Below, piece after piece: positions 25,015 through 36,989 of a DNA stretch of 64,000 nt. Source of the stretch: Moniliella sp. 'wahieum' (taxonomy: Eukaryota). Each line of letters starts with the position of its first letter. Positions within the stretch are counted from its first letter, which is position 1. The translations under genes were made by a program, and so were the position numbers. Below the pieces are notes generated by a model, which was given only the letters and a program-made list of their open reading frames with translations, searched no databases and was not told where the DNA came from. The stretch lies in contig RSEE01000150.1 in the NCBI GenBank assembly GCA_003971905.1, forward strand, positions 1 to 64,000, read 5' to 3'.

Positions 25015-27082
25015 ATGCTTGCTCGGACTCTTCGCCAGGCTGCGCTCCCCTCCGCCCGCCTCCTTGCCGCCCGCTCCGTCGCGGCTGCGGCGCCGCTCAA
25101 CGCCGCCCGCCTCGGCGCCGTCCGCTTCAACTCGACCGGCAGCAAGGTCAGCGGCCCTGTGATTGGCATCGACCTGGCAGTGCGTATCTTCCTCTTCTTG
25201 CTTTCTGTTGCCGTGTGCGCGCTGCTCACCACGCCTCTTGTCGTCTCCAGCGACCAACTCGTGCGTCTCCATCATGGAGGGCCAGCAGCCCGCGTGATTG
25301 AGAACGAGGAGGGTGGCCGCACCACCCCCTCGGTCGTCGCGTTCACCAAGAACAACGAGCGCCTGGTGGGTGTGCCTGCCAAGCGCCAGGCCGTCGTCAA
25401 CCCCGAGGCGACTCTGTTTGCCACCAAGCGTTTGATTGGTCGCAAGTTCAAGGACGCCGAGGTGCAGAAGGACATTAAGAACGTCCCCTACAAGATTGTC
25501 GCCCACTCCAACGGCGACGCCTGGCTCGAGGTACGCGGCCAGAACTACTCGCCCCAGCAAATTGGTGCGTTTATTGTTGGTAAGCTGCGGGAGACTGCCG
25601 CTGCCTACCTCGGCAAGCCCGTCAAGCACGCCGTCATTACTGTCCCTGCCTACTTCAATGACTCGCAGCGTCAGGCCACCAAGGACGCTGGTACCATTGC
25701 CGGCCTCGACGTTCTGCGTGTGATTAATGAGCCTACTGCCGCTGCCTCGCCTACGGTCTTGACAAGGACCAGGCGGCTACGATTGCTGTGTTCGACTTGG
25801 GGGGGGTACGTTTGACGTGTCGATTCTCGAGATGCAGAACGGCGTGTTTGAGGTCAAGTCGACCAACGGTGACACCCACCTGGGTGGTGAGGACTTTGAC
25901 ATTGTGCTTGTTGAGCACCTTGTCCAGGAGTTCCAGAAGGAGTCTGGCATTGACCTCTCGGCGACCGCATGGCCATCCAACGTATCCGTGAGGCTGCTGA
26001 GAAGGCCAAGATTGAGCTCTCGTCGGCCCCCTCGACCGAAATCTCGCTCCCTTACATTACTGCCGACGCCAGTGGGCCCAAGCACATTAACCAGAAGCTC
26101 ACTCGCACCCAACTCGAGGTGCTGGTGGGCAAGCTGGTCGAGCGCACGGTGGAGCCTTGCAAGAAGGCCTTGGCCGACGCTGGCGCCAAGCCTTCTGACA
26201 TTGACGCTGTCATCATGGTGGGTGGTATGAGCCGTATGCCCAAGGTGCTCTCCACTGTCAAGGACATTTTCAAGCGTGACCGAGCAAGGCGTCAACCCCG
26301 ACGAGGCTGTTGCCATTGGCGCTTCGATCCAGGGTGGTGTGCTTTCCGGCCAAGTTACCGACATTCTCCTCCTCGATGTGACCCCTCTGTCGCTCGGTAT
26401 CAACACTCTTGGTGGCGTCTTTACCCGTCTGATCAACCGCAACACTACGATCCCGACCAAGAAGTCGCAGACGTTCTCGACTGCCGCCGATGGTCAGACG
26501 GCGGTGGAGATCCAAGTGTACCAAGGTGAGCGTGAGCTGGTCAGGACAACAAGTTGCTCGGCAATTTCAACCTGGTGGGCTTCCTCCCGCGCCTCGTGGT
26601 GTGCCTCAATCGAGGTGACCTTTGACATTGACGCCGACGGCATTCTTTCCGTCAGCGCCAAGGACAAGGCTACTGGCAAGGACGCCAACATTACTGTGGC
26701 TGCCTCGTCGGGTCTGTCGGACTCGGAGATTGAGAACATGGTGCAAGACGCGGAGAAGCACGCTGAGGCTGACAAGGCGCGGAAGGAGTTGATCGAGGAG
26801 GCGAACCGGCGCAAGGGGTGTGCGCCGAGACCTCCAAGGCTCTTGGCGAGTTCGCCGACCAGCTGCCTCAGGAGAGAAGGACAAGCTCAATGAGCTGATC
26901 AAGAAGACGGAGGAGTTGGCTGCCAAGGCACAAAATGGCGACTCGGACATCACCCCCGACCAAGTGCGGGAACAGATCAACGAGACCCGCAGGCTTCGCT
27001 CGGCCTCTTCAAGCAGATCTACGAGAAGCGCAACGCCGAGAGCCAGCAACAGGAGAGCGAGGGCGCCGAGAAGAAGGAGTAA
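25015..27082 (+). CDS. SSC1: Mitochondrial Hsp70 chaperone
   Basis: Arg/Ala-rich presequence [26 protein letters not shown] across intron 25180-25250, then [59 protein letters not shown] and IEVTFDIDA. Confidence 0.95.
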
Positions 27083-27520
27083 ACGTCAGCTCGTTGTGGC
27101 TTGATCTTCTCTTCATCTTTCTCCTTCTCCCCTCCCCTCCCCCCCCCGTCGCCCCTGTCTGCTCATGGTGTCTCGACAGACATTCAATGGGTGTCTAATC
27201 TCTTGGTGAACCTCACCTTGTACACTAGCAACATCCCCCCTCACCCCACTCCTTGATCGTCTGTCCGACAGGATGTGTCCATTCATTCAACCTATCTGAC
27301 GCTCTACGAGCAAATGCATTCTCTACACCACTCTGCGATTGCACCTGTCTTGCGATAGTTGAACCATGCGCCATTCTCTATAGGGGAAGACGTTGGTGAA
27401 GGGAGGGGGGATATCCCAGAGTGAAATGATGAGAGGGGTCTGGCATGCGCGATGAGACCAAGGCAGCCCAGGCGCAGTCAGGTGCATGCGTATGCATATG
27501 CGTATGCGGATTGGAAGGGC

Positions 27521-29016
27521 TCACGATTGGGTGTCAATCAAGGGTCCGCGCTTGACCATCACGCTGAGCACTTCGAACATCAAGTCGGCCGCGACAAACT
27601 GGGTGAGCATGGCCTGGTTATCGTAAGCCGGGGCGACCTCGACGATATCGGCGCCGACAATGTTGAGGCCTTCGAGGCCGCGCAGGATCCTGCGCATCTC
27701 GCGGCTGGTCCAGCCACCAGTTTCGGGGGTGCCCGTGGCCGGCGCAGCGGACGGGTCGAGGACATCAATGTCGATGGAGAGGTAGACTGGGTTCTGGCCT
27801 ACTTGGGTACGAATGTTGTCAATGATGCCTTGGGTGCCAATGTCGTCAATCTCAAACGCATGGTCCAGGCGGAAGCCGCACTGGCGATCGTTCACATAAT
27901 CGTCCAGTCCGCCCAGCCGGGTACGGATGCCTGCATGCGCCGAGCTCCCGTTCCGAATCAAGCCTTCCTGCGCCGCGTGCCAAAAGAAGGAACCGTGGTT
28001 GATCGTCGCGGCGGCCTTGCCGCCTTGTTGGTGTACGAGTCGGGGCGCCAGGTATCGAGGTGCGAGTCAAAGTGGATGACCGAGACGGGGCCATAGGCCT
28101 TGTTGAGCGAACGGAGGATGGGCAAGACAATCGTATGGTCGCCGCCCAAGGTGAGCAGTTTGGGATGCACGCGGCCCGTCTTGCTGAACAGCGGGCGGGT
28201 GTGCACCGTGCCATCGGGCGTGGTCAGACTGGTAGTGGTGGCCGAGGAAAAGAGAAGCTTGTCGTACCCGCGCTCCATTTGCTCCAGCGCGACCGAATTG
28301 TCCAGCTGGCTGACGGGAATGTCGCCACAATCGAGGATTTTGAGCCCTTGGGTGAACGGGTTCAAGCCCATGGGCACATTGTAGCTTTTGAGCTTGGTCA
28401 TGCGCTTGCTGCCTTCGCGAATGCCGTTGGGGCCAAAGCGGGCGCCAGGGCGGAAACTGGGCAAGACAGCCGGACCGTGTCAGTCAGCCACCACGCACAC
28501 ACGGAAAAGGCGAGAGGAGAGAGGAGAGGATACGCACGAGGTGGCCGTGTCGAAGGGCATGCCGACAAACGCCACATCAAAGTTGCTGCCCGACTGCACT
28601 TCGTAGATCAGCTCTTCGTTGTCGGGCAGGATGTGGGTCCAGGGGGAAAAGCAGGCGCCGTAGGGAGATGGGCAAAGGTGGCCAGGCCGGCCATCAGACT
28701 GTCGCCGGCCGGCGTGGTGAGCGGGACCTCGTCGTGGCGTACTGGGCGGGGTAGGGCGCAGGTTCGCGTGGGCCATGGGTGTGGGCAGAGGTGTAGGCAG
28801 CATCTTGTCCTGCAGCAGCTCGGCCGGGACGAGAGGCATGGGGTTGAGGCCGCCGGGCCAGAGGTCGCGGTACACGCCGTGGACTTGCTCCATGTGCGCG
28901 GCATCGGCGTGGTCGTGGTGGAGGGGGTGTTGGTGGGCCTGGGCCTGGACGGTGGCCTGGAGGCCGACGGCGACGGCCACGATGGCCGCGAGGACGGACG
29001 AGCGGATGCCCGGCAT
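27521..29016 (-). CDS. Ureohydrolase (agmatinase/guanidinobutyrase family) with predicted signal peptide
   Basis: GMPFDTATS|FRPGARFGP across intron 28457-28537, LGGDHT, IHFDSHLDTW, YLSIDIDVLDP, TGTPETGG and DIVEVAP. Hydrophobic N-terminus SSVLAAIVAVAVGLQATVQA. Confidence 0.9.
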
Positions 29017-29525
29017 GGAGAAGAGGTGTGGGGGGGGTATATTGTGGTGCGTACATGTTACACACTTATCGATGCGATATCAGTAAAGAGCCTAGCACGG
29101 CGCCGTCGGGTGTCGCAGCGTAGCCGCGCCACGCGACATGCATTTCAAATGGCAGTGTGATCACATGTCACACCCGCCATCTCCGAGCATCCTCGCCTCC
29201 GCTCCTCAGCGCCCCCACGCCCATCGCTTCTGGCGAGAAGGAAGCCATGGGCGCCGTCTTCCCGTGTGCAACCCGCCCCAGCAAGTAGTAGTCACTTCCC
29301 CTCCGTCCCCCCCGACGGCACATGGCCTGTGCAAAAAACCCCGCCCACGCTGCCCCCGCCGCCGAGACATTCCAGCCGCGGCCCCAGAGCAGTTGCACAT
29401 CCGTGCCTGGCCCCGCGCCTCTCGGCCGGCCCTCTCTCTCTCACCCGGCAGCCCCTTTTAACTCCCCCTTCCATCGCTCTCCAGGGACCGTGTCCCTCCA
29501 GCCCAAGCTCTCTCCAAATCGCGCC

Positions 29526-30557
29526 ATGCCACTCCAGCTCCCCGTCGTGCACTTGGACGCGCCGCCGGCCCAGCTGGCCGAGCAGATCAAGCGGGCGTGC
29601 GAAAACGAAGGCTTCTTTTACCTCGCCTCCAACCCCTACATCCAGCAGCAGGACATTGACCGCGCGTTTGAGCTCTCCTTGGCCCTGTTTAGCGACCCGT
29701 CGCTCGACGCGGTGGCCGATCGCGAAGCGACGGCCAACCGGGGGACAATGCAGGCTTTGTCCGCCTCGGCGGCGAAGCGCTCGAGCCGGGCAAGAACGAC
29801 ATCAAAGATGCTTTATGCTGAAACGCTTTGCCTCCCGCGCCGATCTGCAGCCTGCCCAACCTCTGCCTCGCGTCTGGAGCGCCCACGACGCACGCGCCGA
29901 GCTCAACAAGTTTTACGAGGCGTGCTATGCCACCTCGCTCCTCGTCCTTCGGGGTTTGCCCAGGCGCTGGGGTTGAAGCCGGAATTTTTCACCCAGTGGC
30001 ACCAGGGGCAACTGGACCGGCTCCGCTTCCTCCATTACCCGCCTACCCAAGTCAGTGCCACGCCCGAGAGCGGCAACTTGATTCGTGCGGGGGCGCACAC
30101 GGACTATGGGTCGGTGACACTGCTGTTCCAAAAAGACGTGGGCGGGCTTCAGGTGGATTTGGAGCACCAGACGATACCGACCCCGATCGGGCCAGCCAGG
30201 CGGACCGGGATGTGTGGACCGACATCCCGCCGCAACCAGGCATGATTGTGTGCAACGTTGGGACGCGATCCAGTTCTGGAGTGCTGGGGTGTACCAAGAG
30301 CACGGTGCACCGCGTCGCGTTGCCCGTCACGCAGCAGCAGGCGCAGTCCAGGTACTCGATTGCCTACTTTTCCCAGCCGGACCAGGACGCTCCGCTGCAG
30401 CCGCTGTCGAGCTGGTCGACGGCGCGCCGGCGTCGGCGGCAGCGCGCGCTTGGCAGAGCGATTCGCCCGCGTTCAATGCCAAGTTTGCCAGCTTGCCCAA
30501 GGACCGGGTCGTGACGGCGGCGAGTACTTGAGTGCACGCCTGGCGGCCACGTACTGA
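29526..30557 (+). CDS. 2-oxoglutarate/Fe(II)-dependent dioxygenase (DIOX_N plus 2OG-FeII_Oxy, IPNS-like fold)
   Basis: LPVVHL..IKRACENEGFFYL, RFLHYPP, HTDYGSVTLLFQ (HxD), GGLQV, CNVGD, STVHRV (distal His) and RYS (2OG-binding RxS). Confidence 0.9.
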
Positions 30558-30878
30558 ATGCAGGCAGGAGACTGTCCCCGTCTTACGTTGCTCCTAGAGC
30601 ATCTTTGGTTCCGATCTTGCCTGTTAGAAAAAGTAGCGGCCAGGACGCGCGGATGGGAGTTAGGGGCCATGCCAGGCGGGGTTATAAATTAAGGCCTAGA
30701 ATGGCCTGAAATCAATTTGTATCGGCAGCGGGCCAGAAACTAGCCGGTGGCGAGTGGCGCGGGGTGCGTAAACGTGGTGAACAGCCACCACCACCACCAC
30801 CACACCATATCAGCCTGCATTCCGCCGCAGCTTCCTCCCTCCCCAGCTGCATCCTCTGCCCACCTCGCCCCACACACT

Positions 30879-31458
30879 ATGGCTGTGCCTGCCAAGCGGC
30901 TGCTCAAGGAATGGAAGCAGCTCCAACGGGGCGCACATGGCGCTGCGAGTGCCGGGTCGGACGGCACGATGGCGGACGTGGTGGACCTGCGTCCGTCGGA
31001 TGGCGCGGGGCAGAACCTGCTCGAGTGGAGTGCGCTTCTGGCGGCCCAGCGTCGGGCAACTATGCCGGCGGGCTGTTCGAGGTGGCGATCTCGGTGCCTA
31101 GCACGTACCCGCAAAAGCCGCCCAAGATGCGGTTCGTGACGCGGATCTGGCACCCGAATGTGTCGTGGAAGGTATGTGGATGGAGGGGGGATGTATGGAT
31201 GTATGCTGCGTGTGACCGCAGCGGGACGCGGACGGCGTACAGACAGGCGAGATCTGCCTGGACGTGCTGCAGAGCCAGTGGACGCCCGCGTGGACGCTGC
31301 AGTCGCTGTGCCTGGCGGTGCTGGTGCTGCTGGATGCGCCCGAGCCCGACTCGCCGCTGAATGTGGATGCGGCCAACGTGTTCCGAGCGCAGGACGCCGT
31401 CGCGTACCGCTCGGCGTGCCAGATGTACATGCTGCTCTACGCGGCCGAGAACCAGTAA
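30879..31458 (+). CDS. Ubiquitin-conjugating enzyme E2, Pex4/Ubc10-like
   Basis: KRLLKE, YPQKPPKMRFVTRIWHPNV, |TGEICLDVLQSQWTPAWTL (intron 31172-31242) and PEPDSPLNVDAAN. The C-terminal half resembles Pex4-type E2s. Confidence 0.85.
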
Positions 31459-31671
31459 GGATGGCAAGCGTAGTATGCCCGTGTGATGGCACGGTGATGT
31501 GCCAGGTGATATGCACAGGTGATATGCACAGGTGATAGGCACACACAGCCGGAATCCCGAACGCACACCGCGGCGGAATTAGCCCAGCAGGCCTGAGTCA
31601 CACGCCGACGTTCGTCTTCTTGCGGGCGTCTGCCCACGCCCTGCTTCTCCCACCACCACCACACCACCACG

Positions 31672-33732
31672 ATGACCACGGCGCCCTCGCAGGTCAAGAA
31701 GGATGCCCACCCCTGGGACCGCGCTCTGCTCGAAGGCCTGATCACCAAGCGCTTCTTCTACAACCCCTCCTTTGAGATCTACGGCGGTGCGTCTTTGTTC
31801 CTCCCCTTCTTGCCCTGTTTCCCCCGCCGCTAACCCGCATCTGCTCCAACAGGTGTTGCCGGTCTGTACGACTATGGCCCCACGGGCGCGGCGCTGCAGC
31901 CAACATCATCTCCGAGTGGCGCAAGCACTTTATCCTCGAGGAGGACATGCTCGAGGTCGACCCCACCATCATGACCCTCGACGAGGTGCTCAAGACTTCG
32001 GGCCACGTTGAAAAGTTCTCCGACACATGTGCCGCGACGTCAAGACGGGCGACATTTTCCGTGCGGACCACCTGATTGAGGGTGTGCTCGAGGCGCGCTT
32101 GAAGGGCGATGCCGAAGCGCGTGCGCTCGAGCAGGGCAAGACGATCGACAAGTCGGCCGACGCGCCGGACGCCAAGGACGACAAGAAGACGGCCAAGAAA
32201 AAGAAGATCAAGTCGACGGCGGTCAAGTTGTCGGACGAGGCCAAGGCCGAGATTGAGTACGTGCTGGCGCAGATCGATAACTACACGGGCCCCCAGCTGG
32301 GTGAGCTGATCACCAAGTTTGCCATCCGCGCCCCGAGACGGGCAACGAGTGACGACCGAACCGTCGAGTTCAACCTCATGTTCTCCACTGAGATTGGTCC
32401 GACGGGGACCCAAAAGGGCTACCTCCGCCCCGAGACGGCCCAGGGCCACTTTGTCAACTTTGCTCGCCTCCTCGAGTTCAACAATGGCCGGATCCCCTTT
32501 GCGTCGGCGCACGTTGGCAAGTCGTTCCGAAATGAGATTAGCCCGCGTGCGGTCTGCTGCGGGTGCGCGAGTTTGTCATGGGCGGCGAAATTGAGCACTT
32601 TGTCGATCCCGAAGACAAGAGCCACCCTCGCTTCGCCGACCCGGTGGCGCATTTTGACGCTGCCGTGGCTGCCCAAGGGCACCCAAGAGGCCGGTAAGAC
32701 GGAGATTACCTACGCTACTGTGGGCGATGGGTGGCCAAGGGCATGTGCGACAATGAGACGCTGGGTTACTTTGTTGCGCGCATCTGGCTGTTCCTGGAAA
32801 AGATTGGTAGGACACGAACCGCATCCGTTTCCGCCAGCACATGCACAACGAAATGGCCCATTATGCGTCCGACTGCTGGGACGCCGAGATCAAGACGTCG
32901 TATGGGTGGATCGAGTGTGTGGGCTGTGCAGACCGGAGCGGTACGACCTTACGGTCCACGCACGTCGGACCAGAAGAAACGCGGTGCACCAGCTCTGACC
33001 GAGCCCAAGGTGTACGAAAAGTACATTCCGACCTCAACAAGAAACTGCTCGGCCCCAAGTTCAAAAAGGACGCCAAGGCAGTGGGGAGCAGATTCTTGAA
33101 AGGGACCAAGCCCAGCTCGAACGTTTGGCCCAAGCCCTCCAGGCGGGTCAGGCCACGATCACCGTCGGTGGCCAAGAGCGGGAGTTGAGCTCGGACTGGT
33201 CACTGTCGAGCACAAGACGGTCAAGGAGCACACGCGTACCTATGTGCCGAATGTGATTGAACCGTCGTTTGGCATGGGCCGGATTTTCTACGCGTTGCTC
33301 GAACATGCGTTTTGGTCGCGCGAGGAGGATGCTCAGCGTGGGGTGCTGAGTCTTCCCCCGCTCGTGGCGCCGTTCAAGGCGCTGATCGTGCCCATTTCGT
33401 CCAACAAGGAGTTCCAGCCGTTGGTGCGCGAAGTGACGCGCAAGTTGCGTGCGGCGGGCGTGGCGAGCCGCGTGGACGATAGCAATGCGACCATTGGCCG
33501 GCGCTACTCGCGCAACGATGAGCTCGGCACGCCGTTTGCGTGCACCCTCGACTTTGCGTCGTTGGAGAAGGGTACGATGACCCTCCGCGAGCGCGACACC
33601 ACTTCCCAGCTCATTGGCCCCATCGACGAGGTGATTGCGGTGATCAAGGGCTTGTCGGATGCCACGCTGACCTGGCAGGAGGCCCAGAAGAAATTGCCCA
33701 GCTACAGTGGCGAGCAGGATGTGCAGCAGTAA
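31672..33732 (+). CDS. GRS1: Glycyl-tRNA synthetase (eukaryotic homodimeric type)
   Basis: [15 protein letters not shown] across intron 31787-31852, [58 protein letters not shown], and anticodon domain [15 protein letters not shown]. Confidence 0.95.
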
Positions 33733-35281
33733 GCCATACATGGCCGCCACCCGTTGGCTCCTGTTCCCTTTTGTCATTCATTGTCTACCTTTCCCATACG
33801 TGTCGTCGAGATGCAAAGTAGAGGTCGGTCGATAGTTGCCCGTGTTATATGAGAGGTACCCAACGCCTATTATATCCGAACAAGAGAACATGAACAGGAT
33901 AGACAGTTGACCCAAGTGATGGATGAATCCTAAACCGGGTGCAGAGAGGCAGTGCGACGGAGGGGGCGCATAAGTACACTTGAACTCACGCAAACAACGA
34001 AACGATGGACAAAAAAGCGAGAAAAATGAGTAGGAAGAGGGAGAAAAACGTAACCACTGGCAACTACAGTAGTCCTGTTACACTCAGCGCTACTCTGAAC
34101 CTCAGCGCTGGAGACACAGGAGAGGGAGTGGCACAGCGGCTACACCCAGATGGGATCCTAGATTTTAGGCCCTTTGCCAACAGTGAACAGCCCAGCCAAC
34201 TCCAGATCACTCCCCGCCTCCGCGTGCTTGCACGCCTCTTCGGCCGAGAGTGCAATGTGGACCTGTTTTTCGTACAGCTCCGCATCGGACTCCGCCCCGC
34301 CGGGCTCGATGAGGTCGAGTACGATAATGTGGGGCCGGGTGAGCCTAAGGTCGTAGACGGAAACGTGTTTGGCGGTAACGGACGCGTTGGTATTATCATG
34401 CTCGGAATGGGCCGGGGGATCAGCAACCCTGTATCCGAATACCGCGATCGCGATGCAGGCCGGGGCGGGCACCATTGAGAAGGCAGGCTCAGGTGGAAGG
34501 CTGTGCGGCCGATCAGATGGTGATCTCGATGATCTATGGAATGGCAGTGGTGCTCTCCACAGCTGAATTGCTGCCAGTGGTTGATAGTAGATGCGATCGT
34601 TCCATGCTCTTTGTGAGCGTTTGCATGACGGCGCTTTCGCCGCCCAAATGAAAATCAGAACAACCCGAAAGTGGCGGTGCGGTAGTCATCGAGGTCATCA
34701 GTCGGGTGTTGCTTATCCCCATCTGTCTCTCGCCAGCCCACTCCCCTCCCTTTTTTGCCCACTGCAACCACCATCCATTTTCTACTGTGGGAGAGCCCTC
34801 GTTGGATTTGGACATTGCCACCACCGCCTTTCCCTCTCTACTACCCGCTGAGATGAACCCCCTCTCCCGCCCGCCTCTGTCCTGGCATCCCGGCACCCCA
34901 ATTACAATGCGGGAGGAAAACACTCCGTAACTGGATATTGTTCACATGCCTCAGTCCTCATGAGTTAGAGTCCGCCCGTGGTATATGCATGTTGAGCTAG
35001 GTGGCTTGTGCTTTGGCCAATGCCCTTCTCAGTTCCTCCTCAGGCCTAGGAGTTCTTCTGTTTTCCCTCTCCTGTTTTTCTCCTTGTCCCGCATCTTAGT
35101 CCCTGAGGGCGACTCGCTGTTTGATGGTCCTCTGTAGGCATTGCTGGTTTCCACACCCCACCACCAATAGTGCGATTGCCTCACCCTCGAGGACCATCAT
35201 GCATCAGGACTCCAGGTCTCATCAATGCTTGATGCTTGAATGGTAAATGGAATCGGCCAATCTTCTTCCTCGGAAGACTCA

Positions 35282-35877
35282 CTGCACAGGGGAGGTTAAA
35301 AGATGATTAGTATGAAGTATTAAGCAGGGAATCAGAGTTTGGATGCAGCACCCTCAACTTACTCGATCGAGCCTTCGTGCTGTAATTCAGGAATCCAGAT
35401 CCAACAAGTGCATGTTTGGTTTAGGAGATTCATCAACTCTGGCAGCAGCCCTGTGCGCAGGGGCTGATCTGGGTCGTCGTTATTGTCCTCCAACTCTATC
35501 TGCCAGCTGTAGTCATTGGTGTAGACTTGCAAAAAGGCCCATCCCTCCGTCAGACCCATGCGTTGCTGAGCCTCGGCTTGGAGGTCAATTAGATCTTGGG
35601 CTGGTACTTGGGAGGAAGTGGAATGGACCATCGGATGCCCGTAGTTGTCGATCGCAAACTCCCACTTTTCCGCCGCGGGGCCGAGGCCATTGAGGAGATG
35701 GATCAGTATGTTTCGGTTTGGAACGGGAAAGTCGGCGGCCAGGTCCTGCACACTGTACCATTCCGAAGGCAGCTTCATCTCCATCTCGAGCGGTGTAGAG
35801 ATAGGGGGCGGCAGGAGGGGGACATTGGTGGGAGTGACAACGGTGGTGGTTGGACGGAGAATGTCGAGAGAACTCAT
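35282..35877 (-). CDS. Orphan gene, copy A (MSSLDILRPTT..), with an apparent 81-nt intron at 35282-35362
   Basis: Open frame of ~170 codons preceded by a conserved TATAAA (35911-35916). Exon 2 would read DESSEEEDWPIPFTIQAS. No family recognised. Confidence 0.6.
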
Positions 35878-35910
35878 ACTAGGGGATGATTGGTGCATCC
35901 GCAGCCGCTG

Positions 35911-35927
35911 TTTATACGCGGGCACAC
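35911..35927 (-). promoter_or_regulatory. Conserved TATA element GTGTGCCCGCGTATAAA upstream of both orphan copies (also ~38152-38168)
   Basis: Identical 17-mer ~35 nt upstream of the aligned ATGs (35877, 38117), although the flanking sequence has diverged. Confidence 0.55.
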
Positions 35928-36989
35928 TTCTAGCGACACTGATGCGCCGATGCATGAGTTACACGCATCCCACACATCTGTCTTCTGACTCTATCGACTC
36001 GCAAAAACATTTGAAGTTGAAGTTGAGGCTTCCTGAGGCGCCTGAGGAGTGTTGCACCGTAGCCGTTGGGAGTAGGTTCTGTTGCCACGTGGTTGGCTTC
36101 ACCGATCGCGGTGCACTTCCCGCCTCATATAGGAGGGCCGGCTGGACTGGCACCCTCCCCCTCCATGCTTGAGGAGAAGGAGGTAGTCTTTGTTTGATTT
36201 GCACCCTGAGAAGCTCTCAGATCTCACTAGTCACTTCTCATATTTCACTCCCACTGAACCCGTAACGTATTGTTACGATTGTCGAGAGAGAGCGTGTATT
36301 ACTAGTTACTACTACAGGTGGCCACCAACTCTATACGTATCCTTGGCGAGAAGTTTTCGCCCCCAACACATCCGCCTTTTCCTTTCCAGACAGCGCTGTG
36401 CTCCTATAGTATGTTGGGTCAGATCTCAGAGCGCTCATCTCGTTCGTTTGTTCCCTTGGTCAACGCGGACGCAGTATCCTCTCTTGTGCACAGCACGTTT
36501 TGGGCCTACATCTGGTCACGGCACATCCTTGGTATCTACACAAAGTGAGGGATGTGCCTTCCCACACAGTGGCTCCAGACGGTCCAACTGCTGGGAAGTT
36601 CAAACTGGCTACGCATCAGACGGGGCGAACAAAGTTGTTCTACAGGGGCAAGAGCCATCTTGAAAAGGCTAGTAGTATCAATGAGCGGGACCGAGGTCAG
36701 GAACAGAGCAAAAAGCGTTGCGGTGGTAAGGAGACTAAGTAAGAGGGGAAGAGGGGGGTGCGCCCGGGCTGGGCGGAGCGGGCGCTGAGTGGCCCCGTGA
36801 GGGTGCGGATACGGAGCCAGCTGAGCAAGCTATCATCCGTATACCGTCCCTTGCACGTACCAACAAAACTTGTCTACCAACCCAAGCGCCCAACGGTTGG
36901 TTCACCTCCGGAAGGTATATAGAGTGTCCGTTCTCATATATATCATGGAGGAGGGCCGGCTGGACTGGTACTCTTCCCCTCCACAGCGT

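Larger units (their letters stand above)
34490..36500. repeat. Tandem segmental duplication, copy A
   Basis: Colinear with 36990-38570. Anchors: 34545/37024, 34970/37443, 35411/37651 and 36320/38404. Copy A has 240 bp (34991-35230) that copy B lacks. Confidence 0.9.

Noticed and set aside
24844..27049. Long antisense ORFs opposite HSP70 (and opposite the ureohydrolase and GRS1)
   Set aside because: Expected shadow ORFs from GC-rich codon usage, and well known for HSP70.
788..27300. Local Puf3 regulon (PUF gene near the mitochondrial genes ATP11, MDL1-like and SSC1)
   Set aside because: I found no clear TGTANATA in the visible 3' regions, only TGTAAC repeats after ATP11 and TGTACACTA after SSC1. 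PUF targets need not be linked.
25015..33732. Programmed frameshifting, RNA editing or mass pseudogenisation of SSC1 and GRS1
   Set aside because: The indels are scattered, lack slippery-site consistency and leave the protein sequence conserved. Long-read error is far simpler.
27400..33800. TGA-CTA readthrough to cryptic PTS1 in enzymes near the PEX4-like gene
   Set aside because: The stop contexts I inspected (ureohydrolase, dioxygenase, E2, GRS1) are not TGA CTA, and no SKL-like extension was seen.
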